Assembly: GCA_030141605.1 (NCBI GenBank)
Contig: JAQGDQ010000070.1
Location: forward strand, 620,001-684,000
Direction of reading: 5' to 3'
DNA from: Tubiluchus corallicola
Taxonomy: Eukaryota; Animalia; Priapulida
DNA length: 64,000 nt
A model generated the notes under the pieces. The model did not search any database and was not told the origin of the DNA. It was given only the letters and a program-made list of their open reading frames with translations. Made by a program: the position numbers and the translations under genes. Shown one piece after another: positions 24,910-36,618 of the stretch. Within the stretch, counting starts at the first letter, position 1, and each line of letters starts with the position of its first letter.

Positions 24910-27400
24910 TGATGCATAGTGCTCAAACTCGGCAGATAGCACATTACGAGTAATTAATATTCTAGCACTGCCAAAGGTGGATATGGCTGTTGGTGTGTCA
25001 TGGGATTGAAGTCTAGCTTCAAGGTCAATCCTCGAAGATGAGACTAATTGAGGGATATTAGCTTTGTTTGGATTTGCATGTATTCGCCCTCGGTGAGAGA
25101 AACTGCGGAAACAGTAACATAGCAGTCGAACCATCCAAAAGCAGTCGCACACGACCGCCTACTGCAACCAGCTTAACTTCAAAGCTAAGCATATTAATAT
25201 AATTCACTTCCATCGTTTTGTCTAGTTTAGATAGTAATCTTTTCGATTTCATGTTTCCTTGACATAGCCCTGTGAGAGCAACATGTGCATTTGCCATCAA
25301 AATGAAGCCATTCTTTGGCGCATCTTTGACAGTAACGTGCATTATTATTTTGTTGAGTTGAAGCCATTCGTTTTTAGTGACTGTTAAGGGGTTGCTCCAA
25401 ACCGTTGCTCGGCACATGGTACAGAGACGGAAGTTGGATCCATGATGATGGGAATAGTAGGAGGACCCGATTCGGTTCAGTGCGAGATTTTAAACTGACG
25501 TATCACGTATTGCTAACCCAATATGGAAAAAAGAACTTTGCACTCTCCTCCAGGGTGAAATTCATTGATCATATTTTTGTCACGGTCTGTTTCAGTTTTT
25601 CATCAGCGAAATTTCAATATATGTTTTCTGTCATTGGTATACACGTGATTAGCAATAACAGTTGCTCTTTATGCAAGCAATTTTAGCAGTAATGTTTTTC
25701 GTTCCATCTTCGAACTTGTGATAACACGCGATTATGTGTAAATAATAAAATAAAAGTAAGAAAATAAAATAAAAATACATTATTGAAATCTATACTGTCC
25801 CAACTTCTTTCATTTTTCGGATTATATTTATGATAGTTTACCAAAAGTTCGGGAAAAATTCCTGGAGCACTGCCCACATCTAAATAAATTTATTCTATTC
25901 TAAATTTCTTTTAGAATTTTAGTACATTAAAGTTATTCAGTTTGATTACCATGGGAAAAACTAATCTTGTAACATACACCCAGCCAAAATTCGTTCATGG
26001 ACTCAGGTTACCAAGTAAAAATGTCTCTGATCTTGGCTATTCCTCGTGCGGTGGAGCGTCAAACAAATTTAATCACGTAAAAAGTATTAAAAGTTTTGCT
26101 TTTAATATTATATGTCTGGAAGGCAAAAGCGTATTCCCATACTATTTTGGATACATAGGTTACATAAAATTCCGTACAAATGTACAGATTGCAGGAACAA
26201 GAAACTGCACTATACTAAGCAGTCATCGGTCTTAATCAACTCGGGATTGCAGGTTGCAAGAGAATTTTAAGAAAATGTTCCATGGATATTACTAGGAATT
26301 CAGACATTAACATCTCGTGCACCTTTAAATACACATCAGCGTTCTTAGGTAAAATTGAATAGTATAGAGGTAAATTATATCGTTTTTGGTTTTTCAACAC
26401 TCTTTATAGTGCGAACTTGCATAGATTTAAAATTAGTTAAGGATGGTATTTTTTAAGATTCTGAAATATTATTCTGAAAAATATAATAAAGATCCTTTAT
26501 TATATATTCTTTTGATATATAATAAACGTTTATATGGAAGTGATTAACTTCATGCTATTCAGCACATTTGTTTATTTTTTGGGAGGAAATTCAAATGGGA
26601 ATTTGAATTCAAGTGGGAGGTAAATGTAGTTCACTATTGGCTGACATTTTCTTTTGTTACACTGAATTTTCATTCATGCGGCAGCAAAAATTCTCACTCA
26701 GCTCAATGATGACATTGTTTGCTCAACTAAAAGTATCTTTGCAGTATTATTCATAATATTTGTCCACATTCACGTAGTTTGGTTGCGAATAGAAATGGTA
26801 GTGATGATGATAATCACAATTGGCCGTGGCTGCTTGTATAAGCATTTTATTATACGGTTATTTCACAGAGTAGATGATTTTGCATTTTCAGTGGTAATGC
26901 ATAACTCTCCCAGAAGTAACAATCCATTAAAAAGGATGTTAATGTTTTTGCTAATGCTCAGTTAATGGTATTTGCTACTTGCTTAGTGTATCGCGACTGT
27001 GAAGACTTAGTACGGAGATTACAAAAACACGTCTCTTTTTACTTGCGGTTGTTGTCGTTATTATTGTCATCCGTCTTTTTATCATTTTATTCCTTTTTAT
27101 TTTTCGTTTCGTTGTTCTTTTCGCCGCATTAAATAAAGGTAAAATATGGCTACTTATTTGTGGCTTCACTTACTTTGATCATCCTGACATAATTGAAATA
27201 ATTGAATAAGATGACAATACTCACCCTAACCAAGTTTGCTACCATGACGCTCATTGAAAGGGACTTTCTTTTCCTGAGATGAAACTGTTTAATAGTCATA
27301 CTCTCAAGTGCGCAACAGTTGTAATTAACACATGAGCTCTGGAGAATTACGAAAACACTAACTAAAACGAGCAACCTTAATTACTCAAAGTGATCAATTA
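24910..27400 (-). pseudogene. Candidate endogenous RNA-virus element: decayed alphavirus-supergroup/noda-like methyltransferase-guanylyltransferase (core ~25440-25960)
   Basis: Ordered motifs across frameshifts and stops: FSHG (His at 25953), IYLDVGSAPG-IFPELLVN-YHKYNP-KNERSW-D (25880-25795), CYHKFED (~25720), VIANHVY (~25650), NEFHPGGE (~25555), GSSYYSH (~25460). No introns are apparent. Outer boundaries are approximate. Confidence 0.55.
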
Positions 27401-27878
27401 TTGTTTTCGCTGACACGTACAACGTTCGTTGAATACAGAAATTATTGTAATCGGTGCATAGAGACGAGCCAGTTTTTGAACCTACAATGTAATCTGGTTC
27501 GTGTAGATGCTGCCGGCTCCTTGGTTACTCTGGCAGCAATCATGATACTCATAGATTGAAGTAACTACAGTTATGGAGGTCCTTGACTGAGTGCAGCGTT
27601 CAGTGGTTTATTGGACTCATTTCATGAATGAGGTCTAAATGATCACTTCTATCACGCGTCGTGATCGTTGTTGTCTTCGACAAATAAAAAGTTCGTGTTG
27701 TCTCGGAGGGTTACAAAACTTTTTGCAAGGTATAGGTCTGCGCTACAGGCCTCAAAGCACAAAAAACCCTCCACTTACATAAAGCTTAAAAAATCGTCTT
27801 GAAATTTTATATTACTTACATGCTGCCTTTTTGCATACAAGGTTTGCATCGGCAGTAACGCAGTGTATAACATCTAAA

Positions 27879-28331
27879 TTTAAACTCCCGCGATGACCGT
27901 TAGACGCAGCCATTTTGATGATAAGTCACTTGAAACAAGTTTAGATAGTTTATCTAATTAACACTGCGTTAAGTTTGAAAAAATTATCAGAGCATTTACT
28001 CGTAGCGCACACTTCACTAACTAAGTAAAATTTTAAATTATTGTATTTTGTCAATAAGATTAAAAAGAAGTTTTTTTGTTAGCGAATGGCGCACCCTGGA
28101 GTTCAGTCAACGACATTTTACCAAATGGTGAAAACATTTTAAATAATTAATAATTTTCTTTTCTAGTAACATAAGTCTTTCAAGTAGATAAGCGAAATGC
28201 TAAGTAATATAACTTTGCATGGAAAGTTTTTAGGATATAGTTTAGCATTTCCTTTTCTTCTCCTGATTTACGTTGTACGTATATGACGTCATGTAATGGC
28301 GTAGTCGGAACAATATTGCGGGAGATTTAAA
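27879..28331. mobile_element. MITE family B (TTTAAA-flanked), with a second decayed copy at ~39930-40260
   Basis: Ends tttaaactcccgc / gcgggagatttaaa. The interior (aagtttgaaaaaattatcagagcattta...gctaagtaatataacttt..atggaaa) recurs at 39998-40240. Confidence 0.6.
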
Positions 28332-29539
28332 ATGAAAACAAACAAAAAATGCTTTCAATGCGAGCACGACATACGCATAACATTGCTATAAAGCAATACA
28401 ATTTTTAAGGCGATTTTTCTGAAACCTACTTCAGGTGCCCTTTTTCTAGTGATGTGGTGATCAGTGACTTCAGTTCAAGGGTCAAAAATATCAGACGTCG
28501 CGTCGGCCATTTCAAATTCAAGCCATAAATCGAAACGGAGTCATGAAACTTGCAGGGTAGACAGCTGAGAAAAGGGCTCAGACACTGAATGGTATGGTTG
28601 GAAATGTTGGGACTGTTTAAGCGTCCGTGAAACGAGCAAAAATGTGAAAACTTGAGTAACGTTTAAACTGTAGCACTAGGCGTCACAGAACCTGCAGGGC
28701 AGACACTTGGGGTAGGGGCCTAGATGACAGTATGGTTGCATAGTTTACCCGAGATGGAAACCAAAATGTGAAAATTAGGACAAATTACTATGCCATTACG
28801 AGTAAACCACAGTGCCTTGTCAAATAATCCATTGACTTTGGGTCCATTAACTTTCTTAAAACTCTGTACATATCTATCGAGCGCTTCGCTGCAGTTAACT
28901 TGCATGTCCCGCCCGATCTCCATTTTTATCTAAAAAGGAGATCCCTTGTATGTTTTCTTACCCTTTATAGAGTAAAGTACCTATAGAGCCCAAAGCACCC
29001 ATCTGCCACTTTTAGGCAAATTACAAACTAACACGTACACAAATTCAAGTTAACACTGTTTTATTGCGCATGTAATTCTCTGCTCGTAGACAAATAAAAG
29101 AGGCGTGCAGACAAATAAAAGAGGGTGCACAAGACTCTAAGGTATTTTGACTCTTCTTGATCTTGTTTTTGGGTGTGCTAAAGGTGTGGTAACTAATGAA
29201 TGGTTGTGTAAAATGGTTTGGTTTTTGGATCGTTGAAAGAGTTACATTAATTTACTATACATACTTCATTAATTTAGTTGCTGTTGTTGTACGTTTCCTT
29301 ACAAAAAATACCTTTTACTGAAAAATGGCAATTTGCTCAAAGCACCCTCCGTTAATGTTTGAAACTGCACCCAGGGAGGACAATTATCCCTTTTGTTTTA
29401 CACTTTAATGTGTGAAGTAAAAGTAATATATTTCTAAAGCTGTTAAATTACAGAACGTAAAATGTTACAGGTATCGATCGAAAAATGGCACTACAGTATG
29501 TGCTTAGGGTTAGGGTTACAGTGGGAGATAATTATTTTA

Positions 29540-29700
29540 GTTATTTTTACATCTGCTAAAGAAGTTGTGCTTCAACACAATTTGTTTGTTTGTTTGGTTG
29601 TTTTTTGCCTGTTACGGCAGCAAGCCTATTGCGCAAACACTATATAACAGATTTCCAAGAAACTTTGTGAAAAAAGGCAGGTATACGGTGCCAAAATGGA
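29540..29700 (+). mobile_element. Helentron/DINE-like non-autonomous element 5' end (degenerate)
   Basis: ttatttttacatctgctaaagaagttgtg...(gttt)n...gcagcaagcctattgcgcaaacact...gatttccaagaaactttg resembles the widespread ttattacctccgccaaggagg-(GTTT)n architecture. Confidence 0.35.
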
Positions 29701-30267
29701 AATCTTTTCGCCATTTTTTTTTTGACCGAACACCAAGTACAAAAAAATGTTCGTGAAGCACTTCATGGAGGACTCAGAGGGAGTGTTTAGTACTTCTTTT
29801 TAGTACCATCCCCGACTGGATAAAACAACTACGAGTTAGTACCAGTTCCATTTCGCGAAACTGTCGCTTGTAAAACTGTGTAACGCTGTCTACAACCTTT
29901 TCTTATTAATGTGTATAGCATAAGATAACTTGGTACATATATATTAGTCAGTCTAGTACCATTGTCTAGATAAACACCATATAGAACATTTCTGCATTAT
30001 TGATTAAAAAACAAAAATTCTTTTAAGGAACAAATGCTTTGTGAGTCTTTTGCTAGTCTACATAATAACAATACACGTACATTTTTGTATGTTTGCTGGT
30101 TTATCTTTGTGCTAATTTTTTTGAATCACAAAAATCAGACGAATAAGTTTAGGATTGTTTGGCTTTGGCAAAGATCTGCTTCCTACTGAGCACATTCTAG
30201 TTTTATTATAGATATCAAATGCATCAGCAAAACATAATTGTGTTCCATATTTTTCTACTTTTCTCTT

Positions 30268-30388
30268 TGTGCCATTTTTTCCTGTGCCATTATTTGATGT
30301 GCAATTTTTACCGTGTCACTTTTCCTTTGCATTTTACCTACTTTTCCGTTCGTGCCATTTTCACCTGTGCCATTTTTACCGCGCATCA
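30268..30388 (+). repeat. Subterminal repeat array (tgtgccattttt) of the MULE-like foldback family also seen at 41260-42060
   Basis: Repeated gtgccatttt units ending in tgtgccatttttaccgcgcatc, similar to 41960-42060. Confidence 0.6.
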
Positions 30389-31831
30389 ACATTGCTGTTG
30401 TTTGCCTACATCAGTTTATTGCAGACGGCTTTGTGGGGGCATTTTACCTGTTGCAGTGGGCATTAGAAGAACTAAATAATCTTACGACAAAAGATCATGT
30501 AAAATTTTGGAAACACAAGGTGTCTTTGGAGAAACAATTTTCCCCAAAATGCTCAGTTTTGATCAAAATTACTTTTTGATTAAATAATTTATAATTTTAA
30601 GATTAAATTAATAGCTAGCAAACTTTAAAAGTCCGTTTTACCAAATATATTTCGCGAAGCGACAAATTTTTAAAACACTTTAAACCTTTAGAAGTAGACT
30701 GCCCCCTAATTATTAAAATATATAATATTCATACACTGGCCAAAAATAAAGTTTCACGACTAATTAGGCTGAATGTTTAAGCCTGTGAAAATTTGTTCTT
30801 ACGGATTACAAATCCATAAGAAAAGCTTGTCTCAAACAATGCCACACTGGCATGGTTAAACAAATTAGGATTATTAATTTAAGGCTCGAGATGGGAGCCA
30901 AAATCTGAAAATTAGGGTTAACTGCTCAGTCAGCTTTGACTCTTGTTGAAACTGCACTAACCAGGCATAGTCAACATAGTCACGCTATCAGCCTTAGATC
31001 TGAATTCGGTCAGCGCTTCTTTTCAACAGCAACAGTATTCATTTCACTGTCCCTCTAATTACCTCAAGTTAATGCAAATGGTATAAAATAGCCGTGGTGC
31101 ATAGGATACTCCTCAATTTAAGCAGCCACACATTACTAATTCTACCCAAATCGTAAATCCGCTGTGGCTAGCCGGCGATGCGTTACGTCACTACGTTCCG
31201 GTGGTGCAGATTAAAGTAATTATTCACTCTAGCGGCTCGTGCCGGCGGCTTAGTGCACGATGTCATCAGCAAGCACAGATGAGGAAGCTGCTGCGGCTCT
31301 TGGCAACGCTGTTCAGTATCAATATCCAGCAGTAACTGAGAGTGAAGCGCAAGAATGGAGGTGTCATATATCTTTCATTAACGTGTGTAACTATAAACAA
31401 TCACCAGCAGATCGAATCAAGCAGTGCATTGTGTGATCAGTTCACAGTGCATGCTTACTGTGCAGTGTGACGACTTTTGCATTTTGTTTAGTAACGTGTT
31501 GCATTGTCTTACAACAACGATTTGCATTGTTTACACTGTTCCCAAGATAAAAGCCAAATCGCATTGTTTGTTCATCGTGCTCATTGCAAGTTATTTTTAT
31601 ATAAAATAAGAAATCAAAAACAATCTATCGTTACTGTACCGTGCGGAGAAACAGGTTTACAAATAATAATTTGCATAATAACTAAAAAGTACTATTGATA
31701 CTAGCAGTCCTACGAAATTGTGTTGGCAGTGTGTGTTGTAGTTTTTAATAATTGTGCGTCCTGTCATCAAGTTCAGTTATCAAGATTTCCAGGCTGGTCG
31801 ACATGGAAAAGTAGGATCAGCCTCAGAAATT

Positions 31832-31838
31832 ATGACAA
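31832..31838 (+). CDS. Putative start-codon segment (ATG ACA A) of the SYT14/16-like gene at the end of a 5' exon
   Basis: atgacaa|gtaagt is a consensus phase-1 donor. Joining it to the phase-1 exon at 58058 gives MTIPVQAYAFLG. It lies downstream of a CpG-rich promoter-like stretch (~31090-31320). Confidence 0.4.
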
Positions 31839-32039
31839 GTAAGTATGTAAATGGGAAACAGGATCAGACATAATGCCTATGCACTGCTGCAAGAATTGAA
31901 TATTTTTTCTGGGACGTATTAAATTTTACATTTGCGACACTAAAGAATCTAAGTACAATTGTTCTAATTTAAAATAACAATTATTTTTCAATTGCCATTG
32001 AAGTACATTGCTATTAAAGGATGCTGTTGTTATTATATA

Positions 32040-32219
32040 GAGGGTGTTCCAAAAAAACAGTGAAACCAGAGACGTGAAAAGGTAATCTTTCCCATATCTC
32101 TGGGTGCAACAGTAATACGACAAGCCGAATGTTTCTACTTTTGAATTTGGTATGACCGTACTTATTAGACTTTGTATGGTGTAATGTTGTTTGTTAGTGC
32201 ATTCTTCTGGAGCACCCTG
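32040..32219. mobile_element. Tc1/mariner-type MITE
   Basis: TIRs (g)agggtgttccaaaaaa / ttcttctggagcaccctg, flanked by TA on both sides. Confidence 0.65.
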
Positions 32220-33761
32220 TATGTTATATCGTTACATCGTTATATAAGCGTTATATCGATTAGGGTTAGATACAATAAATTTGGTTTGTGGTCGAAATGT
32301 TTTCGTGTATTCACAAACAGTGGTGGTGATTCACTAGGCAGTTGAGGCTGTTACTTGTGGACTATGTGAAAAATGATGAAAACATGAGGCTTGTGTTGCA
32401 GAGCGAGCACGTGTAAATTGCCTTGTGATAAAATAAAGTGCGAGCCAAAGCTTTTATTTTACGATCTTTTGTTGAAAATACCAGGGCCCGACTCATAATT
32501 ATACATCACATACTGAAACTATACAAGTATATATAGTTCAGTTCAACATTGTCACTATTTTAGTGTCATTTTCATCGTCATTGTCATCATCGTCGTGGTT
32601 AGCATCGTCGTCATCATCAGTAATTATTATCATTGTGCATCAGAGAGTGCGATACCTTAGTTTCACTCGAAAGTCGTAATAATCATAGGTACTTTAAAAA
32701 AATGAAGTTCATTAATTCATTTATTTTTCTTTCTTTTTAGGCACAACTGCCTAAAAAATGAGTTGTGTGCAACGTGTGAAACACTCGTTAGACCTTATGC
32801 CAAAGATGAATAAATAAATCATTAATTTTGTCATTACAAATGTTATAAAGAATAACTACAGCGCGTATTTGGGTTTAATTTAGAGAATTTAAAGATTGCT
32901 TTAAGTTTTTCTGTTTGCTGTAGTGTTTGCTTACATCTTGACTGCGAACACGCATGCGCGATTACTTATTTCCCCAAATTTTTCATCATTCTTATACTTC
33001 CCTCCCCAGCTCATTCGCCCCTCATTCTCCCTTTTTACCTCTGTTTCCTCTCGCTCTTTCTCTGTTCTGTTCTCTCGTACTTTCTTTCCATCTATCCCTA
33101 TCTTCGTCTATCGTTTGTTCTCTGTCGCTATATCTTTTACTCTCATTTTTCTTCATCTCTGCCTCATGCTACTGCTACTTGATCACAATAATCTTACCAT
33201 CAGCCACACAATGTCGATAAAAGCTCTTAATACCCCCCAGACAATTATGCAAATTTTCAAGCAAATTTACTTAACCACTGGAATGTGCAATTTGTTATTT
33301 TATAGTAAATAACACAGCAGAGTGTGAAGCCAAACGCCAAACTGACTGCAGGGCTTCATTATTGTGGCTATATTATAGCCTTTATCCTGAGTAGCAGTAA
33401 TTAGTTCAGGCTTCCCAAGCCCCATACAGGTCTAATAATACTAATTTGTACAAGTTTTTCAAAATTGAACACTGAATATACTTTGGCTTACTGGGTATTA
33501 CAACAAAACATGCAACTTGCGAACAAGAAAACTCCTTAAGACAGAATGTAGAATGCATGTAACGACGATAAAAGCGTAATGAGGCTGAATATTAAATGCA
33601 CTCTCTTTGAGCAATATCCAACACATAAATTGTTTATGAAGACTGATATAATAATTATACGCTTTAATAATAAAGACAATAATAAGTTTATTGATGAAGA
33701 CAACACAATACAATAAAATACAATACAATGCAATGTAATGCAATGCAATAGAATACAATAC

Positions 33762-33825
33762 AATAAAATACAATACAATACAATACAATACAATACAACA
33801 CAATACAATATAATATAATATCATA
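33762..33825. repeat. (CAATA)n pentanucleotide microsatellite
   Basis: caatacaatacaat... A similar tract lies at ~54015-54100. Confidence 0.85.
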
Positions 33826-36525
33826 GAATATACATAAGACTAAACAAAGATATTACAAACGATGCTAAAATAATAATCTCAGAAATAATCTTTATTTTTC
33901 AGGAGTTTTCGTCACACACAAACATCATTAGATGCACAAAGCTATGCAATACTAAAACTATCATAATTGTGCAGCTGATGAAGTTTATGACATATGAGTT
34001 GTGAAAGACAAAAATCCCACAAATAAAGATTTTCTTTTGTTAAAGGGCATTTTGACCTTTCGCAATACAACCGTAATGTTTATAATTATATAGAGCCAAG
34101 CTAGCATGCATAACGCTGCTTTTTGTTTGACAGGTTTAGGAGATACAGTCCACAACCACTTTCCGTTTATTTGTTTATTTGTTTGACCCTGTGACAAACA
34201 TTCATTTTCCTGACAGCCCGTTCAATGGCGTTTATTCGTTCACTTTCCTTAAATCGTAAGTGCTGGTTGGGTAATTTATGTGTGCGAAAGTTAGTTTGTT
34301 TTTGATACAGTTCAGCATCCTGCAATCCAAAATCCTTTTTCAGTAAATAGCAGAACCGCATCTTGGGTAGTATATTAAAAAACTTTTCAAAATGAGATAA
34401 TGAATCTAACCTTTAGAGAGGTGTCTAAACTGCATTCGGACGTGCATATATCTTCCTACAGATAGAAAGAAACGGGTTTATTTGTTTTTTATTTGCTCGT
34501 AATTTGTTTGTTTTTTGTTAGTTTGTTTGTGTGTTTGTCTGTATGCTTGTTTCTTTGTCTTCTTGCATATTTGTTCGATTCCGGACTGCCGGATATCTTT
34601 ACCTAGCTTCGCAATGGTTCAAAGTTATAGAATAGTCACTATTATACACTGTACATTTCAAAAATAATGGTCATGTGATTGCAATTTATTTAGTTCTATT
34701 TTATTTCCACGCATTGTCACTACAACTTCTCGGTGATTTCTGGATGGATTTATTTCTTGCGTCAGCGCTCGGCTCTAGATGCAACCGAATCATTTGTTGC
34801 ATTACTTATTCATGGCTTTCACTAAGCCATGCTGACGTAGTTTTCAATTATAAATTATTAAAGAAGCCAGAATACAAAATCATTACAGATCGCCAGATAC
34901 AGCGAATAGTAATATTTGTGCCTGACAAATGTCGTTGAGAAAGCAATATTGCAAAAGTTTGCCAACAGTCCGAAGTTGAACATGTAGTCGCTCAGTTCCG
35001 AGTTTGGGTCAGCTGCAGAGCTGGGGCATCTTCAACCTTCTTTCCTTGACTGCCATCACTTTTCCTCATCATAATCATCACCATTACCATCATCGTGATG
35101 ACGATAATTTGCAGACCGTTGCTAAATCTACCAACTAATTCGTGTTGTTGATATAAGCTTTTAGAACTGAAAATTCATATGGTGCAATAAACCAACTGAA
35201 TATATAACCAACTTACTGCAAATTGCAGCAATATATCAGGGTAAGATGCAATTTTCAATAATAAATAATTTAACTTCTGTATAATTTAAAAACCTGCGCA
35301 ACTAATGGTTCGCCTTACGAAAAGAACATGAACGATTCTTGCACGTATTAAAGGGGAAGGAAAGGGCATTTTAACACATGTCCCCAAAACAACTTTCTTT
35401 GTATTACTTACATAAGGTTATACAAAGTTGCGCCCATCTGTTTAATAAGATTTATGGAACTGAAAAATAAATTCTTAATAATTTAAAATGTTCGCCTCAA
35501 CTGGTGAAACGTCACTGTTTCACTGTCCCACTACTGGCTCACAAAAAACAGATTGTAATGACGACGAAATGCCATTTATTTTCACTCCACCTCTACATTA
35601 TAATGGTCGATAAATTGCGAATGGATGAATACATGCGTCGGCATGTTATGGTTCCGTGGTTCAGTAGCACGCGGACAGGTGTGTTTCATTATCTGAGCTA
35701 TTCCGTAATCCAGAATGAAAGATGTAGAACAAGTATGCTGACAAGCTTAACGTCAATTTCTGGAACAAACTCTGGCATTTTACGTGTATTTTAACGATCG
35801 GCGTTGTTAGTACCATTACCGACGGTTCAGCATTATTGATAAAATAAGTTAAGATCTGTATTCAAACTCGATAGCTAGAATGAGCCATGGCTCCATTACC
35901 TCCAGGTCGAATGTACTAAGAGCATACAAAATATAAATAAACATAAATAGTGATACTGTATATTAATTTTATATACTAGATAAAGTAATTAATACATTCG
36001 CGTAGTTGATCAAGTGTGCGTTACGACTGCTCTGATTATTTTTTTGTTTTGAACTTTACGCAGTGTGTATTATATTAGCTTCAATTTCTTTCTCAACGAC
36101 CGACCGACTCACAACCAACACCTACCAGCGCAGAAGTTTAAATTTACAAGTTTGTACAGTTAATTTTTAATCTTTATTTACGAATTCTATTTTCTTGTTC
36201 TTTACGTACGTACACTGCAATATAACTTTCATGTTTTGTTCATAACTGGAGGTCTCTTTTATTGTACAAACACAATGTGCGAAAAGAAATCATAGACAAA
36301 TCGTGACTGCCCCCCCCCCCCCAGTTTTGCACCCCCTGCATATATGTGGTTTTTAACTTGACAAAAAATCCCAAGTAAACTTCTCAAAGCAGCTAAATCA
36401 GGTGAGGTGAATAGCCGAGTGTTCAGGTCTCAAGCCCCAACGTGAGGAAGCTTACCTTTCAATTGCTGGTGATATTATGTAGTGTCGAGATAGCATGACG
36501 TCGCAAGTAGATGGGTTTGGTTATA

Positions 36526-36618
36526 AAGAATTTGAATTTTTGCTTAATTATGTCTTGACAGTTTAATATATCCTAAATTAAACTGTCAAGACATAGTTAA
36601 ACAAAAATTCACATTCTT
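36526..36618. repeat. ~93-bp hairpin / inverted repeat
   Basis: aagaatttgaatttttgcttaattatgtcttgacagtttaa pairs with ttaaactgtcaagacatagttaaacaaaaattcacattctt. Confidence 0.8.

Noticed and set aside
25545-26040. Alternative reading as an FtsJ/RrmJ 2'-O-methyltransferase (DVGSAPG...PGG)
   Set aside because: The catalytic K-D-K-E residues could not be placed convincingly. The upstream His, the YH-x3-P spacing and the later motifs fit the alpha/noda-type MTase-GTase better. Not fully excluded.
28540-28780. Two degenerate ~145-bp tandem units
   Set aside because: Probably an old transposon interior. Too diverged to classify and not CRISPR-like.
33498-33824. Hydrophobic ORFs (YCIVL repeats)
   Set aside because: Translation of the (TATTG)n microsatellite.
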